DNA of 64,000 nucleotides from Trichoplax sp. H2 (lineage: Eukaryota). Below, piece after piece: positions 38,401 through 52,403 of the stretch (position 1 is the stretch's first letter; the number at the start of each line of letters is the position of its first letter). The stretch covers positions 186,001 through 250,000 of the forward strand of contig NOWV01000022.1 in NCBI GenBank assembly GCA_003344405.1, written 5' to 3'. The position numbers were made by a program, and so were the translations under genes. The notes beneath the pieces are model-generated. The model searched no databases, was not told where the DNA came from, and was given only the letters and a program-made list of their open reading frames with translations.

Positions 38401-41400
38401 GATTTCTAAGTTTACCATCTACCTCTTCCATTGTTTCTTGTAATTCTGTAGATCTGGCTATAAAGCGACTTTTTGATGATTGAGAGATATCTCGATCGAT
38501 TTCACTAAGAAATTGCTCAAGGGAATGCATTTGGCTACTTAGGTTATCTTTTTGACCTTTAAATATGAAAAAGTAGAGATTGAGTCTTTGGTATCATTTT
38601 GAATATTATGCATGCAATCCAAAAAATGAGCTAACTATGTAATTTCTCTAATTTTTGTTTTAATTGGCGGTCAAGACGCGATGTGATATTATTAAAGGTA
38701 ACTTGCACTTCCTGTACTGCCTGTTTGAAAAACATAACATGAATATAATCTTGTGATTAGAATAAAGATGGATATTTTTAATGAATGGGGATTTAATTTA
38801 CGAACTATCTCCAAGATCATAAATTTTTGTCGATAAGATATAATATTATTATTAGAAATGTTAAACAAGAAGGGCTTTACAGCTATATGTAAAGATTATT
38901 ACGAAACCAAATTTTAGCTGTAGCATCTATTGGCAATGGTATAAAATCGTTGTATGACACTTAATTATTAGTGGTAGTATTTTTACGTCTAGTTGGTTTG
39001 AACATCAATGTTAACACCATAAGGTAACTATTATAATTCGATTACAAATTGATTACAAATTGCACTAGAATTTTGGAACCAAGCATTATGTAAGAAACGT
39101 TAACCTACAGTATGTGAATTATAACAAATTATATTATAAGTAATTATGAAAGCATGTAGTAATAGTAACTTACAATGTCTTTAGCCCTTTTAATTTTTTC
39201 TATCTTTTTATCCTAAAAATGAGTGTGATAAAATGATTGAACGATAGTTAGTATGACTATAGGTAAGGTAAATATAGGAGTTGTCTTTTTCTTTAATAAA
39301 ATTGTAGAGTTTTCAAAGTTTTTTCGACGTACTGTTTCCTCAATTTTGCTAACAAAACTGCCTATGCGTTGTCTTATTGAGTTAACCTGCAAGATACAGA
39401 ACATAGACAAGCTGTAATATTGATCAACTGAAAGGTAATTGCAATAGATATAGCTTACTTCATTTGATATCTTTGATGAACATTGCTTGTATATATCCTC
39501 GATAGGTTGAAATGAGTGACCATGATGAATATCGCCACCCCATAGTGCACATTGATGACAAATGGATCTCATACATGTATTACAGAATACCGTTAATTTT
39601 TCTTTGTGGATTTCACAGCTAAACGAAATATGACAACAGTGACAAACAATTTCAGTTTATAGCTATCATAAAATGATCACTCCCGAAAACGTCGCATTAA
39701 TTTGATTACCTATCTTCTGGTGTAATTTTAGTATGAGATTTATTGTTTTGAGATACAAATTTTAATGACTCCAGTTGCTACATTGGTCAAGAGAATAAGA
39801 TGATATTTGAAAAGATAGTCGTTCCGATCATTGAAGGATACAATAAACATTAAATGGTGTTCTTGCAGGTTATACTGATAACTTACATCAGTAACTTCTT
39901 CAACCCATCTACATTTAACTAATTCATGAATATGTAAATGAGCCCTATAAAAACAACGCCAACTCTACTTACTTGCTTTTCAAGATAGCATGTTTAATTT
40001 TACTGCTATTAGCTAGATAAAAATACTTCAAGAAGACTAGGGCATCAACAAAGTATAGCTATTCAGGTTTAATATCTTATTGAGTATAGAACTAACTTAA
40101 TATTGTATTGCTGGCCTTACCTGCAATGAGGGCAATGAGATCTTTGTTCACAGAGCCATCTCTAATTATTAATATCAGCAATGAAATAGTAAAGAAAAAT
40201 TGTCATCAAGATATGCACAATGTGACGTTAGTCATATAGATTTGTACTCTGGTGTAAATATTTCATTTTACAATTATGATCAACTTATTATCTATACGAA
40301 CTCCTATTTCGACACCTAATAGTAGCGATTAATAGGATGACTAATTCGAGGTGCTAGTTGATTTATTAATAAGAAATTAATTAAAGAACATTAACACCAA
40401 TAATTAAAACCAAATTAGATGACGTGAGTCTTCATTGACAGTTCTAAGATTATCGTATGCGTTCTAACAATTATTACAGTTGTACAGTACTATAATTATA
40501 TTCATATTTGTATGGGATTATTGAATTATTAGAGATTTTCTTATTGATAGATAATTAACTCCATGACCAGAATATAAGCCCCAGATGAATTAATGTTTGA
40601 CAGAGTTTATACCTATTCTACAATAAGTGTTTAGATAGGAGTAAAGAATGTAGTTATATTTTTCGAGGAGAAATATTCTGTTTTACTGTGTGCCTTTGTT
40701 CTAACAGCTAAAATGTATTTATGCTATTTACTAGGGATTGGCTGTAGTAATTTCAAGGAATCGGATAAAAGTTTGTAATTAAGGGAATGACATTTTATTC
40801 TAGTATAAAATCGAAATTGATTTCTCGCAATTATAACACGACCAAAGCATACTATAGTTTGCAATGTACGGATTACAATTGATTGTTTATTTAGGAACAA
40901 ATTTTCTATCGTAACTATTAATGATATGGTATAACACTTTACTATAGTACGATAAGATATCCTTATATCAATTCGATTCTTCTACTTGCCCGCACGCAAT
41001 AGTGGTATACTGAATGGCATAACATCTTATGTATATTGGTATAGATCACCTTCTGTTCCTTAATATCCGGTTAATTAAATCGGGAATAGTTACTTTTACT
41101 TACGGTCATATACTGATATCATGATTTAAACAAATTACCGGTCAAGCAAGTACATATGTAGAGAGACACTTGAAATTACTCTTATTTACAAACTAATGCT
41201 TTCAACGATATTGGTTAATAATACTATTGTTATTGCTAGTTCATGCCAGTCAAGGAAGTACTCGTGTATCAAAAGATACTCTTGTGTGTCAATATTGAAC
41301 TATTCCAAGGTAATCTTATTACAATTTTGTATACTATATGCGTAAATCATGTATTATTGAATGAATGATTTGAAAACTGGATTAATTTATTTCATTTTAT

Positions 41401-44270
41401 AAATAAGAAGAATACTCGTAAAGTGGATATGTTAATGTCATTTGCAATCGCTAGAAGTGGAAAGATACAAGACTGATTCGTTCTACGTTTAGTACATGGA
41501 AAATTGAAAAGAAGAAGAAAAATTCTATATGTTCTGTATACAATAAATAAAATATCAAGATAGAATATTCTTTCATTTCTACATGACAGTCGACTTACCC
41601 TCATACACGTATGGCAGCATAATTTGGAACAGTGTGGGCATAGTCGAGCATCCTTCAATTTTTCCATACATATAAAACAGCGGAATACATCTTTGATGTT
41701 CTATAGGGTATAAAGTAAAGTAGGTGTTAGAAAAAGAAAATCAATTGTTGGCTTGCAGCTGTCGCATTAACCGTTCCATGTAATATGACGCCAGGATGCT
41801 ATCATTCACAACAGCATTGATACCATTCATCATCTAATAATGCTCTATTTTTTTTTCATCTATCATAAATTGAGTAAAGAGGGAGGCATGGTAGTATCTT
41901 GTTGTAGTTAACTCTGCCATCTCTTACTCCTAAGATTAAAGTCCTATCCGCGCCCCTTTTCTATTCATAGTCGTCATGATGAGTTCATCATATTGGCTAA
42001 AAGAAGTTGCGTTACTCCACACCCTTCAAGTTGAAACTCTAACCGCAACAGCATCGATCACATTACACATTTCTCTAAATGTACATTATTGTTGGTATCA
42101 TGTTAATTCAATCGTAGATGCTCTATTTCGTTGTTTTCAATGCTATAACAGAATGATTATTATTAAAATGTGTAAAACATTCGAATTCAAGCGGATGTTG
42201 CCCAACCGAGTCTAATCAAGAACAATACCTCCATTGTATCTTTCTTTTACTACCATGATTTTCTATCGGTTTAATAGTCTATTTCACGTAGCGATACTAT
42301 TATTACTATGGATATCTTATCCTTTATTGTCCTCGCCTTTTGAATTCAAGCCGCGTCCACTTGCAATACCTGTATCAAGGTCTTTTCATTTTTTTCCTTT
42401 TACTAATATCGTTGTGGATTACTAAGTCATCATTCCAATATTACGGAAATGCTGTCTTTCGATCAGTCATTAAAATAACTAAACGAGGTGATGTGGTCCT
42501 TGATCATAACACGCTATTACTCGCTGTCTCTTTCTGACAATGTATTGTTGGTTGTTTTTTTCTTGTGTATAAATGCTGTAAATAATACTTATGAAAATCT
42601 CAAGCAGAACAAAGAAATCGGGGAATACTCGTCTAACAAGATCCGTGTTTGAGGTTTGAGGGCAGTTAGTGTTATTGGAAAGCTAAAACATCCAATATCA
42701 TTGCCAAGACGTACATGATGGCAATCGCTAGCGGTACTTGGTGTTTATTCAAGCTGTTGGGCTACTTTACAGTATAGTATAGAGCGTCAAGAGGAGATTC
42801 TTATAAGAAAAATATATTATATTATTCGATCGTCGACTGCATACTTAGAAATTTTTATTCATTGATGACTAAAGATCTGAGTTTAAATGTTACCGAGAAT
42901 GAGCTGTTATTCCTCGTATATTGTAGTTTTCTAGGGCTTTCATTATGAACTAGTTCTACGAATATAGTTATCGGCCGATTTCGATGTTGCATTTAGTTTC
43001 GTTTCGTTAGTAGAAATTAAGAAGAAATTACACTATAATAGAGTAGGGTAAAGAATCGATTTTGGGGGTTATGTTTATGATAATAAAAAAAAAGTGAAAT
43101 TTTACGATTGCGTTTTATCCATTGATATTTTCATGATTCGGAGATCATCGCTATACGTAGAATAGAGTCTAAGCTTATAATGGAAATAAGTACCGTTATC
43201 CGATTTGTTCATAACATCAAGTTAGCAAAAAGTGCGATGCTTGTCTAACAGTCAATGTACGGTATTGTAGGCGAAGTTGTCGTAAGATCAGAATCAAGTT
43301 GATTAAGAAATTGTTGAATTGTCGAAAAGGACAATACTGTACGCTTATATATCTAGTGCTATCACTTTTTCGCTGAACGTATATGATGCGATTTTAGATA
43401 ATTAGGATAGAAAAGAAGGCCATAATTACTCAACCAATAACATAAAGGAATACTTTACTTCATAGGTTCTATCATAAACAGACGTACATCTACGCCATGG
43501 ACAAATGTAAGATTCATTGGAAGAATAATTATTTGCTGTTAACTTAAACGCCAATAGCAAAGGCGAAAATTTAACGTAGGATGATAGATTGAACAATTGT
43601 CTATTGACTCTAGAGCAAAAGGTACGATAGCCTAGTTTGTAAGATAGTTGATACTTTTACCTCCCTACTCTACATTCCAATAAAAAAAAAGCAAGTCAGC
43701 AGCTGTAGACTAACGATAGAATGATAGGAATGCATAAGAGAAAGTAAAGTAAAGAAGAATAATGTGGATTAAAACCGAGCGATACAGAATACGAATGATG
43801 TTCACGGCCTCCATGCATTTCTAAAGTCTTCATTAGAATCAATCCAGTTCATTAGCGAGATATCGAATAGCTGATCCAGTCCAATCATCATACTACTGTA
43901 CTGTAATCCATAATATTTTACTAGATGGTTTATTTGGATCTTGCCTCTATATTATTATTTTATAACTCATAGATGAACGATTGCATTAGTTGTTCCATTG
44001 GATAGGCATTGAGAAGATATTGGTATAGCTTCGATGTGGTTGTAATCTATGGTCGAGTTAGATAACATGATCTTCAATGACTATTATCTATTCAAGTCAA
44101 ATTGAATTGGATCTCTTTGATCGACGATGGTAAGCGAATATATTTTCATCTCCTTTTTAATACTCATATTGAAGCAATGATAGATTTTGAAATGATTCAA
44201 TATAGAGACAGTGGTGATAGCTTACCTGGACATCGCTGCACGCTGGCGTTGTTGTTGCTGCTGCGCTCAT
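35440..44270 (-). CDS. TRIM37: TRIM37 E3 ubiquitin ligase (RING, B-box, coiled coil, MATH); 3' end uncertain
   Basis: Exon 1 44270-44226 ([15 protein letters not shown]). Exon 41700-41599 [25 protein letters not shown]; 40161-40121 [15 protein letters not shown]-box [28 protein letters not shown] (~39618-39459); MATH exons [48 protein letters not shown]. The stop is either at 35758 or, with two more exons, at 35440. Confidence 0.93.
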
Positions 44271-46619
44271 GTTGATCGATTGCACTTGTCGTTTTGGATA
44301 CTGACCAAGCAGAAAGTAACAATGGATTTAAATACCAAGCGCCAGTCTACGTCACTTCCACTCTGGCGGTAGTGTACAGTACTGTGTACTGTAGCGTACA
44401 CTGTACTGTACAGTACAGTACACGAGACTTAGTCTACAGTGTACAGTGTACAGTGTACAGTGTTTGGATACTGAGTTCAGAATGTTTGGGTCAAATCACT
44501 TTCACTTTCCCGATGTCGTACTGTACTCTTACTCTTTATAAAAGGCTACTGAGACTAGACCTGACTGTACTGTAGTACTGTACAGTGCATCGAATTTCTT
44601 CTTGGAGAAATGGGTGAATACTTTTCTTGTTAATTTTTGCAGCAAAATTCATCAAATTTGATACGTGTAGAAAGAGGAAGGTCTACCGATTTATTCGCCA
44701 ATTTAATCGAATTCATCAATTTTGGGCACTTTAATTTCATTTTGAAAACTCTGAATAGAATTTCTACACGCTGTATAGTACAGTGTTAGTCTCACAAGTC
44801 CCTGACTCGACTGTACTAAATTCACCGTTGAATTTACTAGCCCTTGACCGTCTATTGGCTTTTTCAGCCAAATGCTATTGTTTTGTTGTTTGATCACTTT
44901 GTTTTAGTATCAGAAATCTGAACATGTAGAAATTAATGGGCTACATTTTTAGAGATCCTTCTCCAAGGGTTTCTAGGCTACATTTTCCAATTTTAGGATT
45001 GTGCTGTATTGTACACTGCTGTAATGGTAATATACTGTAGAATTGGAACGAAAAAGGGTTCTATCCAATCGATTGTACAGTATTGCTGAAATTTGTCTTG
45101 ATCACACCCTTGGATTTTGATTTACATTACTTCACCATACTTTTGAAGGAATGAATACAGTAAATATCAATTTAGTTTTACCCAATAAGTTGTTTTTATT
45201 CGCCCAAGATTTTCACTACTTGAAGTCATTAGTAAACTGTAAAAGTATGATCGACGTTATACAGATACTGTACTCTGTACAGTGCAGTAGGATGGCTATT
45301 TTTTCAGTATCGTACTACTTTATAGTGTACTGTACACTAGAGACCCTCTATGAACCTCTATGAACACTAAAATGTACAGTTACTGCCACTTTCTTGCTCA
45401 ATATGACTGACGATTCCAGAAAGTTTCTACCGTGTAGTCTAGTTCTTGGTTTACTACTTTCTAGTATACACTAGAGACCCTGTATGAACACTAAATTGCA
45501 TAGTACTGCCGGTTTCTTGCTCAATATGACTGACGATTCCAGAAAGTTGCTACCTTGTAGTCCAGTCCTTGGTCTACTACTTTATAGTATAGTGTACTGT
45601 ACACTAGAGACCCTGTATGAACACTAAAGTGCACAGTACTGCCGCTTTCTTGCTCAGTATGACTGACGATTCCAAAAAGTTTCTACCGTGTAGTCCAGTC
45701 ACCTGTCTGTCCATCTCGATGGTTACAGTGTACAGTACGGCATACTGTACATGATACAGTCCCAGTACTGTAAATAATAGAGCATTTCTTCGCGCCTTTT
45801 TTTAAAATCATATTCAAGATTGGTGAAGTGCTGGTGGATGACGCGATGTCGGACTGTGTCACACAATACTGTATTGTGCAGTACATACGTTGTGAGTCAA
45901 TACCACGAACGACATGATGAAATGAAGCAACATCACAGGTGTGTTGCTCTCGATACGTCACATCCACTGCTACAATTGTTGGCGAGCGCTCCAGCGTATT
46001 CCTTGCGGCCATTAATGAAGAATTGAGTTGAAGAAGAGAAGCAATTTTCCATGTAATTCTACCATGAACTGCCTTTCAGCATTAACCTAGTGGAAATTTA
46101 CTAATTAAGCAATACTCTTCTATTAAAATAGATCCTTAATCAAGTCTAAAATTGGTCAATTTTACAAGTTGAGCAGCAACTCCAGTGAAGTTGATCGTCA
46201 TTTGTGTCAGTGAGTGAATGGGTGTGGATCTACCAATAGTGTAGGTAGATGATCAAGACAACGATACAAGCTACAATTTAATGTTCATTTTCGATTGAGA
46301 TTTGTTAGCTTGCTTTTCCTCTTGGTTTGAATACTTTCAATTCCATCACTCTAGTGGAGTTCACTTTGTGCAGATAACACGTAGAAGATCCATACAGAGA
46401 CAATCGTCTTGACTGACACAACTGCGATAGCAAACAATCATTCAATATCCATTTTCTACTAGCATTTTGGGGGTCTAAGTTTTGCTACGAGTTGCTGTGG
46501 TGATTAATTGGAAAAGATTCAACGTTACATTAGTAAAATATAGAGTAGAAAGATCCATACCGATACAGTACGATCAAAGTAGAATTTGCTAAGAGTCAAG
46601 AAACGCTCACTTTAACCCA
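44271..46619. promoter_or_regulatory. Divergent intergenic/promoter region of TRIM37 and CDC45
   Basis: Head-to-head start codons. ETS/CRE-like ACGTCACTTCC (44349-44359), ACTCTGGCGGT (44360-44370), dense GTACAG/CTGTAC runs (44372-44590, 45720-45770) and E2F-like TTCGCGCC (45789-45796). Confidence 0.65.
45312..45700. repeat. Tandem repeat, ~125-140-bp unit, 3 copies
   Basis: TACTACTTT...TACACTAGAGACCCT(C/G)TATGAAC...TACTGCC...TTTCTTGCTCArTATGACTGACGATTCCArAAAGTT...GTAGTC occurs three times at high identity. Confidence 0.95.
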
Positions 46620-49600
46620 ATGTTTATTGCAAATATCAAGCAAGAATTTTATAACGCGATTCTATATCAGGTAAGATGATGGATACTTCTTCATGAAGAG
46701 CCTTTCTTAGATGTCGTAGACAAGTCGATCTTGAAGCGTTTTACTATACTACGAGTAAAAGTCAAATAAAGACCAGTTTGGTCAACTTTACAACCAACTT
46801 TGCATTCTTCTAGTAGAGTTGCTGTTATTAGCCAATAACCTCTTTCAGATTGTAACCATGAAAAGCATACTTGCATCAATTTGATACATGATTATAATTG
46901 ACTCAATCCCATGATTGTTAGCCTTATTTTCTCTTTGAAATAGATGAAATGGAATGGTAATTATTCTTTTTTATCCATATTTTATAGCGTGTTTTAATAA
47001 TTGCAGTAGCAGATTGCGATTCGTTATGTAGCTGCAAGATCTTACAGGTGAGTATCGTAGCAAGTTAGACACGGATTAATTATTGATTATTTATTTATTA
47101 TTAACCTTGTATCCCATGAAAAACTCTATAGTAATACTATTCGTCATCTTCTAAAAGGTATATTGTATACTGTATAGACTATGTACATGGAGATTACAGT
47201 CATGCTACTTGCGAATGCCCTCAAAACATAAAATATTATTATTGTAGTGCATACAGCTTACGACTTTAATAACCAGTCATTATACAGAAGACAATGTTCG
47301 ATATATAAAGTCGATCATAAAAAATATCACACTTCTCGTTATTTGTCCATTCTAACTAATATTTGATTTAAATCAAAACAGTCTATCCTCCATTCTGATA
47401 ATATTGGGTACACGTTAGTACCTGTTAGCGGATTACAAGAATTGGAACGGGTATATCTCGAATATAGCGATCAGGTAAGTTCAAAAATTGAATAGCTATT
47501 AAATAATACTGGTGCCTGTAGAAATGATAATCTGAAAAGATACTGCAATAGCTGTATTACAGTATTACTATAGTCTTGTGCTAACATGATGCAGAATGAT
47601 GCTATTAAGCTTCACTATTTCAAATTGCGTTAAAAAATGACTAAAATAGTTGTCAATGTAGCTTGATATCACTATCATGATTCAGTTAATTCAATTTAGT
47701 CAAACTACTTAACAGTAAGTAGATTTATCGTGGCTCGATTGGCACTATCAATTTTTACTCATTTCAGATTATATTGTGAAATTACAATGCTAGACAATCA
47801 AATCTATCGTTAATCAAAAATTAATTTCGCAGTGCGCGTATATTGTATATTGCTGCTGCCGATTAAATACTTTTCTGTTAATGTATTCTTAGTTTAAAAA
47901 TATTATCCTCATCAATTGTGGTGGTAATATCAATATTGTGGAAATCTTACAACCAGAAGAGGATGTCACCTTTTACGTAATCGATAGGTAAGATTCAATA
48001 AAAGTGGTTATGTGTCGAAACATTCTCATTTAATACGCATATATACCTCTTTTTATTCTAACCTATTTAAACAACATTTTCTACAGTCATCGGCCTTTCG
48101 ATCTTAATAATGTATTTAATCAAGACCAAGTAAGTTTGTCCAATCGCATATCTTCTACACTATACACTATCTCGTTACAGTGTTATCCTGACACAATACA
48201 GCAACTATCTTTGCTAGTTAATAACTACACTCTTAGTATGATGCGTATTAATCAATACTTTCTAATTTTGGGATTTTTGGTAAAACTAATTTTTAGTGAT
48301 GTGATGTATTATAAAGATCACTGTACTGAAAATTGATTAACTCTTTACTAGAGAACATGTACTGTAATTTAATGCATACTATATTTCGTGAGCAGATATT
48401 AAAACACTCTGCGTTTACTGATACAGGTAAAAATAATTCTAATGGAAGGAGAAACAGTTGATATACCTGATTTTGACGATGTTTTTCGTCAAAATGAAGA
48501 TGAAGAAGATGACGATGATGATCGTGATAATCTTGATAACGGTAGTTCTGCCGATGAAGAGATTGAGGGAAGCCCGCGTAAAAGAATGAAGACTGATACG
48601 GTTAGTACTAATAATTATAATTGAGATAAAAGTTAAGGCCAAATGGGTAAACATTTATTGGGTTACTCTATTTTCTTAGTTATCGAAAAGGAGGTGGCTC
48701 CAGAGAAGGTAACATTTACACTCTACGCATATTTTGATTTTCTACCATCTCTTATTTCAAGCATGTCTTTTCCTGCTTACAGTACTGATACGTAACATGT
48801 TGATTTACTTCTTTGTGCGTATTAGAAAAGAAATCTTGTTCAGTTATTACGAATTTGCTTATTATGGAACTGCTGTAAGTGCTCTAAATTGTTATTGCTA
48901 ATATCAGAATTAGCCTACAGTTTGAATATACATTGTAATAGTAATATTGCACGCGTATTATTTTTACTAGTCGGCAATGATTGCATTTGATCTCGCTTGG
49001 AAGTTGTCGAAAGATAATAACGACAATTTATGGTAAGCCAGTCATATGGCTACGCTTTTCTAAGTTATCTTTAGTTCAAACTATCAGCTAGAATGATATG
49101 GTATACTGTTCTACTACATAGGTGGACCATAATTGGATTGACAGAGCAATATCTGCATCAAAAAATTGATAGGTTAGTTGCGATTTAAATATCAACGTGC
49201 TATTCGAAATTTTGAATCATATACCGCGTATCAAGTACTTAAAAATTGATAAATTTTATCTTTTATTACGTAAATTAAAAGGGACAAATACGTGCTTGAT
49301 GTTAGTACAATTCAAGGACATGTTATGCGTTTAAATCGTACTAGCGATGAATCTGGATTATCTATTAATTGCATGAAAATCGGTTTCGAAAATGAGTATC
49401 CAAGAGATTTCTCCCATTATTGTAATAGATAACAATATTATTAACTTTAAATTATTACATATTGCGTTATCCTTAACTTAAATTTAACAGTTTACGACTT
49501 GTACTATATAAGCATTGGTCGCTATATGAGAGTTTCTATTACTCGCTATATACTGCGTGTAAGTTTCGTATCTGGACTATGAAGGGGAAAAAGAATTTAC

Positions 49601-51373
49601 ACGAATTACTAGCTGAAATAGGGTAAAACTTCACATGAAATTTATTTTTGGTATGCATTTTATATTTAGAGTATCGAATAAGATAGTATATATTACGATT
49701 GTTTCAGTATCCCTGTTAAACAAGCAATGCAAAAATTTTCTTCCATGGATATGGAGTATAAGATAAATGTTAAAGAATGGATAGAAAATCTAGCTCAAAA
49801 GTTTGGGTACGGGAGTGCGAAAATATTAATACTTAAATTGCCATAAATTATACATTAGATTATTACATTTTTTTAATTCACCTTCTATCATTTTCCTGAT
49901 ATAGATTATCGGATATTACGTTTGGTTCATTTAGATCTCAGTTTGGTTATAAAACAAAGGTAGATTCTATTCTATTTTTTGTTTTCGGTTACTACATTAT
50001 TCATTATTAACAATTATTATCTTATCCTTATTTCTTGTTATTACTTTGAATTTTTTTGAATAGTTTACTGCCGCCGATGCAGTTTACGGACTTATAGCAA
50101 TAATAGAAGACATGGTAATTTTTTAGTAATCAGTATGGTGGTACTTTATACCCTTATAGATTGTGGGTATTGAAACATTATCGATATCGCTTTCGTTTAG
50201 GAGAATCCCAAACCTTTATCGGATAAATTTTTAGAAGCTCTTGATTCGCTTTCCAGGTTGGCTGTAATTATTAATGCAATGTATGTAAATAAAATGTAAT
50301 TTGATTATTTGATTAGTAAATTAATTTACTTTTAGATCAAAATGTAAGACATTATCGGAAGGAATACGAAAAGCAAAATTACAGGTATACTATATTTTAA
50401 AGTGTATTATATATTGAACATACTAATGATCATAATAGGATGTCAAGTTACAATTTTTAACGCGAGTAGCATATGGCACTAGAGTGTAAATACTAACGGT
50501 AACAACTAACTATATATTAATAATACTTGATGTTTTAATAGCAAATCGCGATATTTAAGCAAGTTCGAAACTTTATCGATATGCGACAAGTAGTTTGTGC
50601 TGGACCATTTTTGTATGCATGCATCGATGAGGTAATATTTCCATAACATACTGACGTACGTATAGGTACTGCACTATTACCTCAATTTGGTAACATACAT
50701 TTTATTGTTTAATCAAGGGATCATCAGATAAAAAGATATTTTGTAAACCAACAACTCTTGGAAAATTAGCACGATTTCTCTTAACTGCCTATGTTGCATC
50801 TGTAAGTAGCTGGATTATTGTCCGACAAATTATAGGTATCATATAGCAACTTAAACAATGTAAACTGTCTATTTTACATAGTCAAGAAATAAATTAGCTG
50901 CCAGTCTGCCTATGGTACTAGTAACCCCTTTAGATACAGATCGAGGTAACTAATTTTTATACACTGATGATGTTCTCCAGAAAAGTATAATTTTTATAGA
51001 ATGGATTTAAGTCATCAATTTATGTAATATTCAAATAGGAACTTCACTAGTTCTTGGCATACCTCCGATAGCAGAAGACACAGCTAGAAAGTACGTCGAG
51101 TTTCGGAGTTTATCTGTGTTTTTCGATTATAACTTTCGTTTCGCTATATAGTTTTCTCGGTAGGGCTTTCGAGCAAGCGGCAGAAAAAACTAAAGCGAGA
51201 ACACTACATGACTGTTTTGATTCATCAAGTAATTAATGGTGTTATTTTTTAACAGTTTGAAGTACTCGATAAAACTAATGATTTCATTTTATTTAATTTA
51301 ACACGCAGTTATAGAGATTAAATCCGAAGATCGTGGAAAATTCTTCGATGCTTTGTCGGCCTTGTTGGCTTAA
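46620..51373 (+). CDS. CDC45: Cell division control protein 45 (CMG helicase component), ~23 exons
   Basis: Exon 1 46620-46670 MFIANIKQEFYNAILYQ. Later exons give DCDSLCSCKILQ, YTLVPVSG, ILINCGG, DSHRP, an acidic loop (48428-48600), LRLVLYKHWSLYES, GIPP, FLGRAFEQAAE, and end IEIKSEDRGKFFDALSALLA*. Colinear with human CDC45 as recalled. Confidence 0.96.
49396..49490 (+). other. Probable U12-type (minor spliceosome) GT-AG intron in CDC45
   Basis: Donor GTATCC, branch site TCCTTAAC at 49470-49477 about 13 nt before the 3' end, and no polypyrimidine tract. Splicing keeps the frame (FEND-LRLV). Confidence 0.75.
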
Positions 51374-52403
51374 ATAGTTATATTAACCTGACATTGATTT
51401 CAAAGTAATTATTATAGTTGAAAGAAAATATAAAATATAAAGATCCCATGATGCTCTACAGTTATAGTTCTCTTTTTCATTTATTCTGAATTTATGTTAC
51501 ATTAGAATTGTGCTACTTTGTAATGAAATATACATGTAGAGCAGTAGCACGCGATTATAAGCCACTGTAAGTTTGTATTGGCAAGCTGTATACATTTTAA
51601 TGTACTTATATATAGTAAATTTTAGGCTTTACCGTTTAATTGTATAATATACGTACGTATTTATTGTAAAATATATGTCCTGGTGTTAGTACATAATTAT
51701 TGTGCAACTTTTAGTACGCATATTTGTCACCAAGACAAAATGACGTATACATATTTCACTTTACATGAAGCATATATCTTGTACACAACTATTTTACGAG
51801 ATTGTGATGGTATACACACTCGTATGTATACTGTATTTAATAAAGACATTTTGCATTCGTAATATAGCTACTGAATTATGATGCCCATCATAGATACAGC
51901 TTAATTGCGACGTGGTTAGCTTTGTTGTTGAAGTACCTATCTGAGCTTTTACTACTTAAATGTGCAAGTTGTAAGATATACCTTCGCTGTAGCCCTGCAT
52001 GTTTAAATTTAGTTATTATATTATTACATTTGAGAGCTTCCTCTCTAAAGGTATGTTAGATCTTTATGAAATTTTATTAAAATAAAATAAATTGTACATT
52101 ATAGACCCGTCGTAACTACGATTGGAGGCCTATCAAAAAGGCTTGCTAACATTGTAGTAAGTACAGTTATACAGTAGATGCATAGGCTGGATAAATAATA
52201 CCTTGAAAGTTAATTTCCACATTAGAAATATTGACAGATATCAATCTAAACGTACTTTCGCTATCACGTAGCGCATAGAAACTTCACTACGTCGTTACTT
52301 CTTAAATTAAAAATGATGTTATAGATCGTAATTTAGCCGAAGCGTTGGTTAAAATATTGCTTTTTCCTGATAATTTAAAAGAGAATTCTAATATTTTTTT
52401 GTA

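Noticed and set aside
41976..42537. Plus-strand ORFs nested in TRIM37 intron 1
   Set aside because: Short, in overlapping frames and with no recognisable domain.
45312..45700. CRISPR-like interpretation of the repeats
   Set aside because: Whole units repeat with no unique spacers, there are no cas genes, and the context is eukaryotic.
45683..46026. 109-aa (-) and 68-aa (+) ORFs in the promoter region
   Set aside because: Explained by local GC richness and TACAG repeats; no protein motifs.
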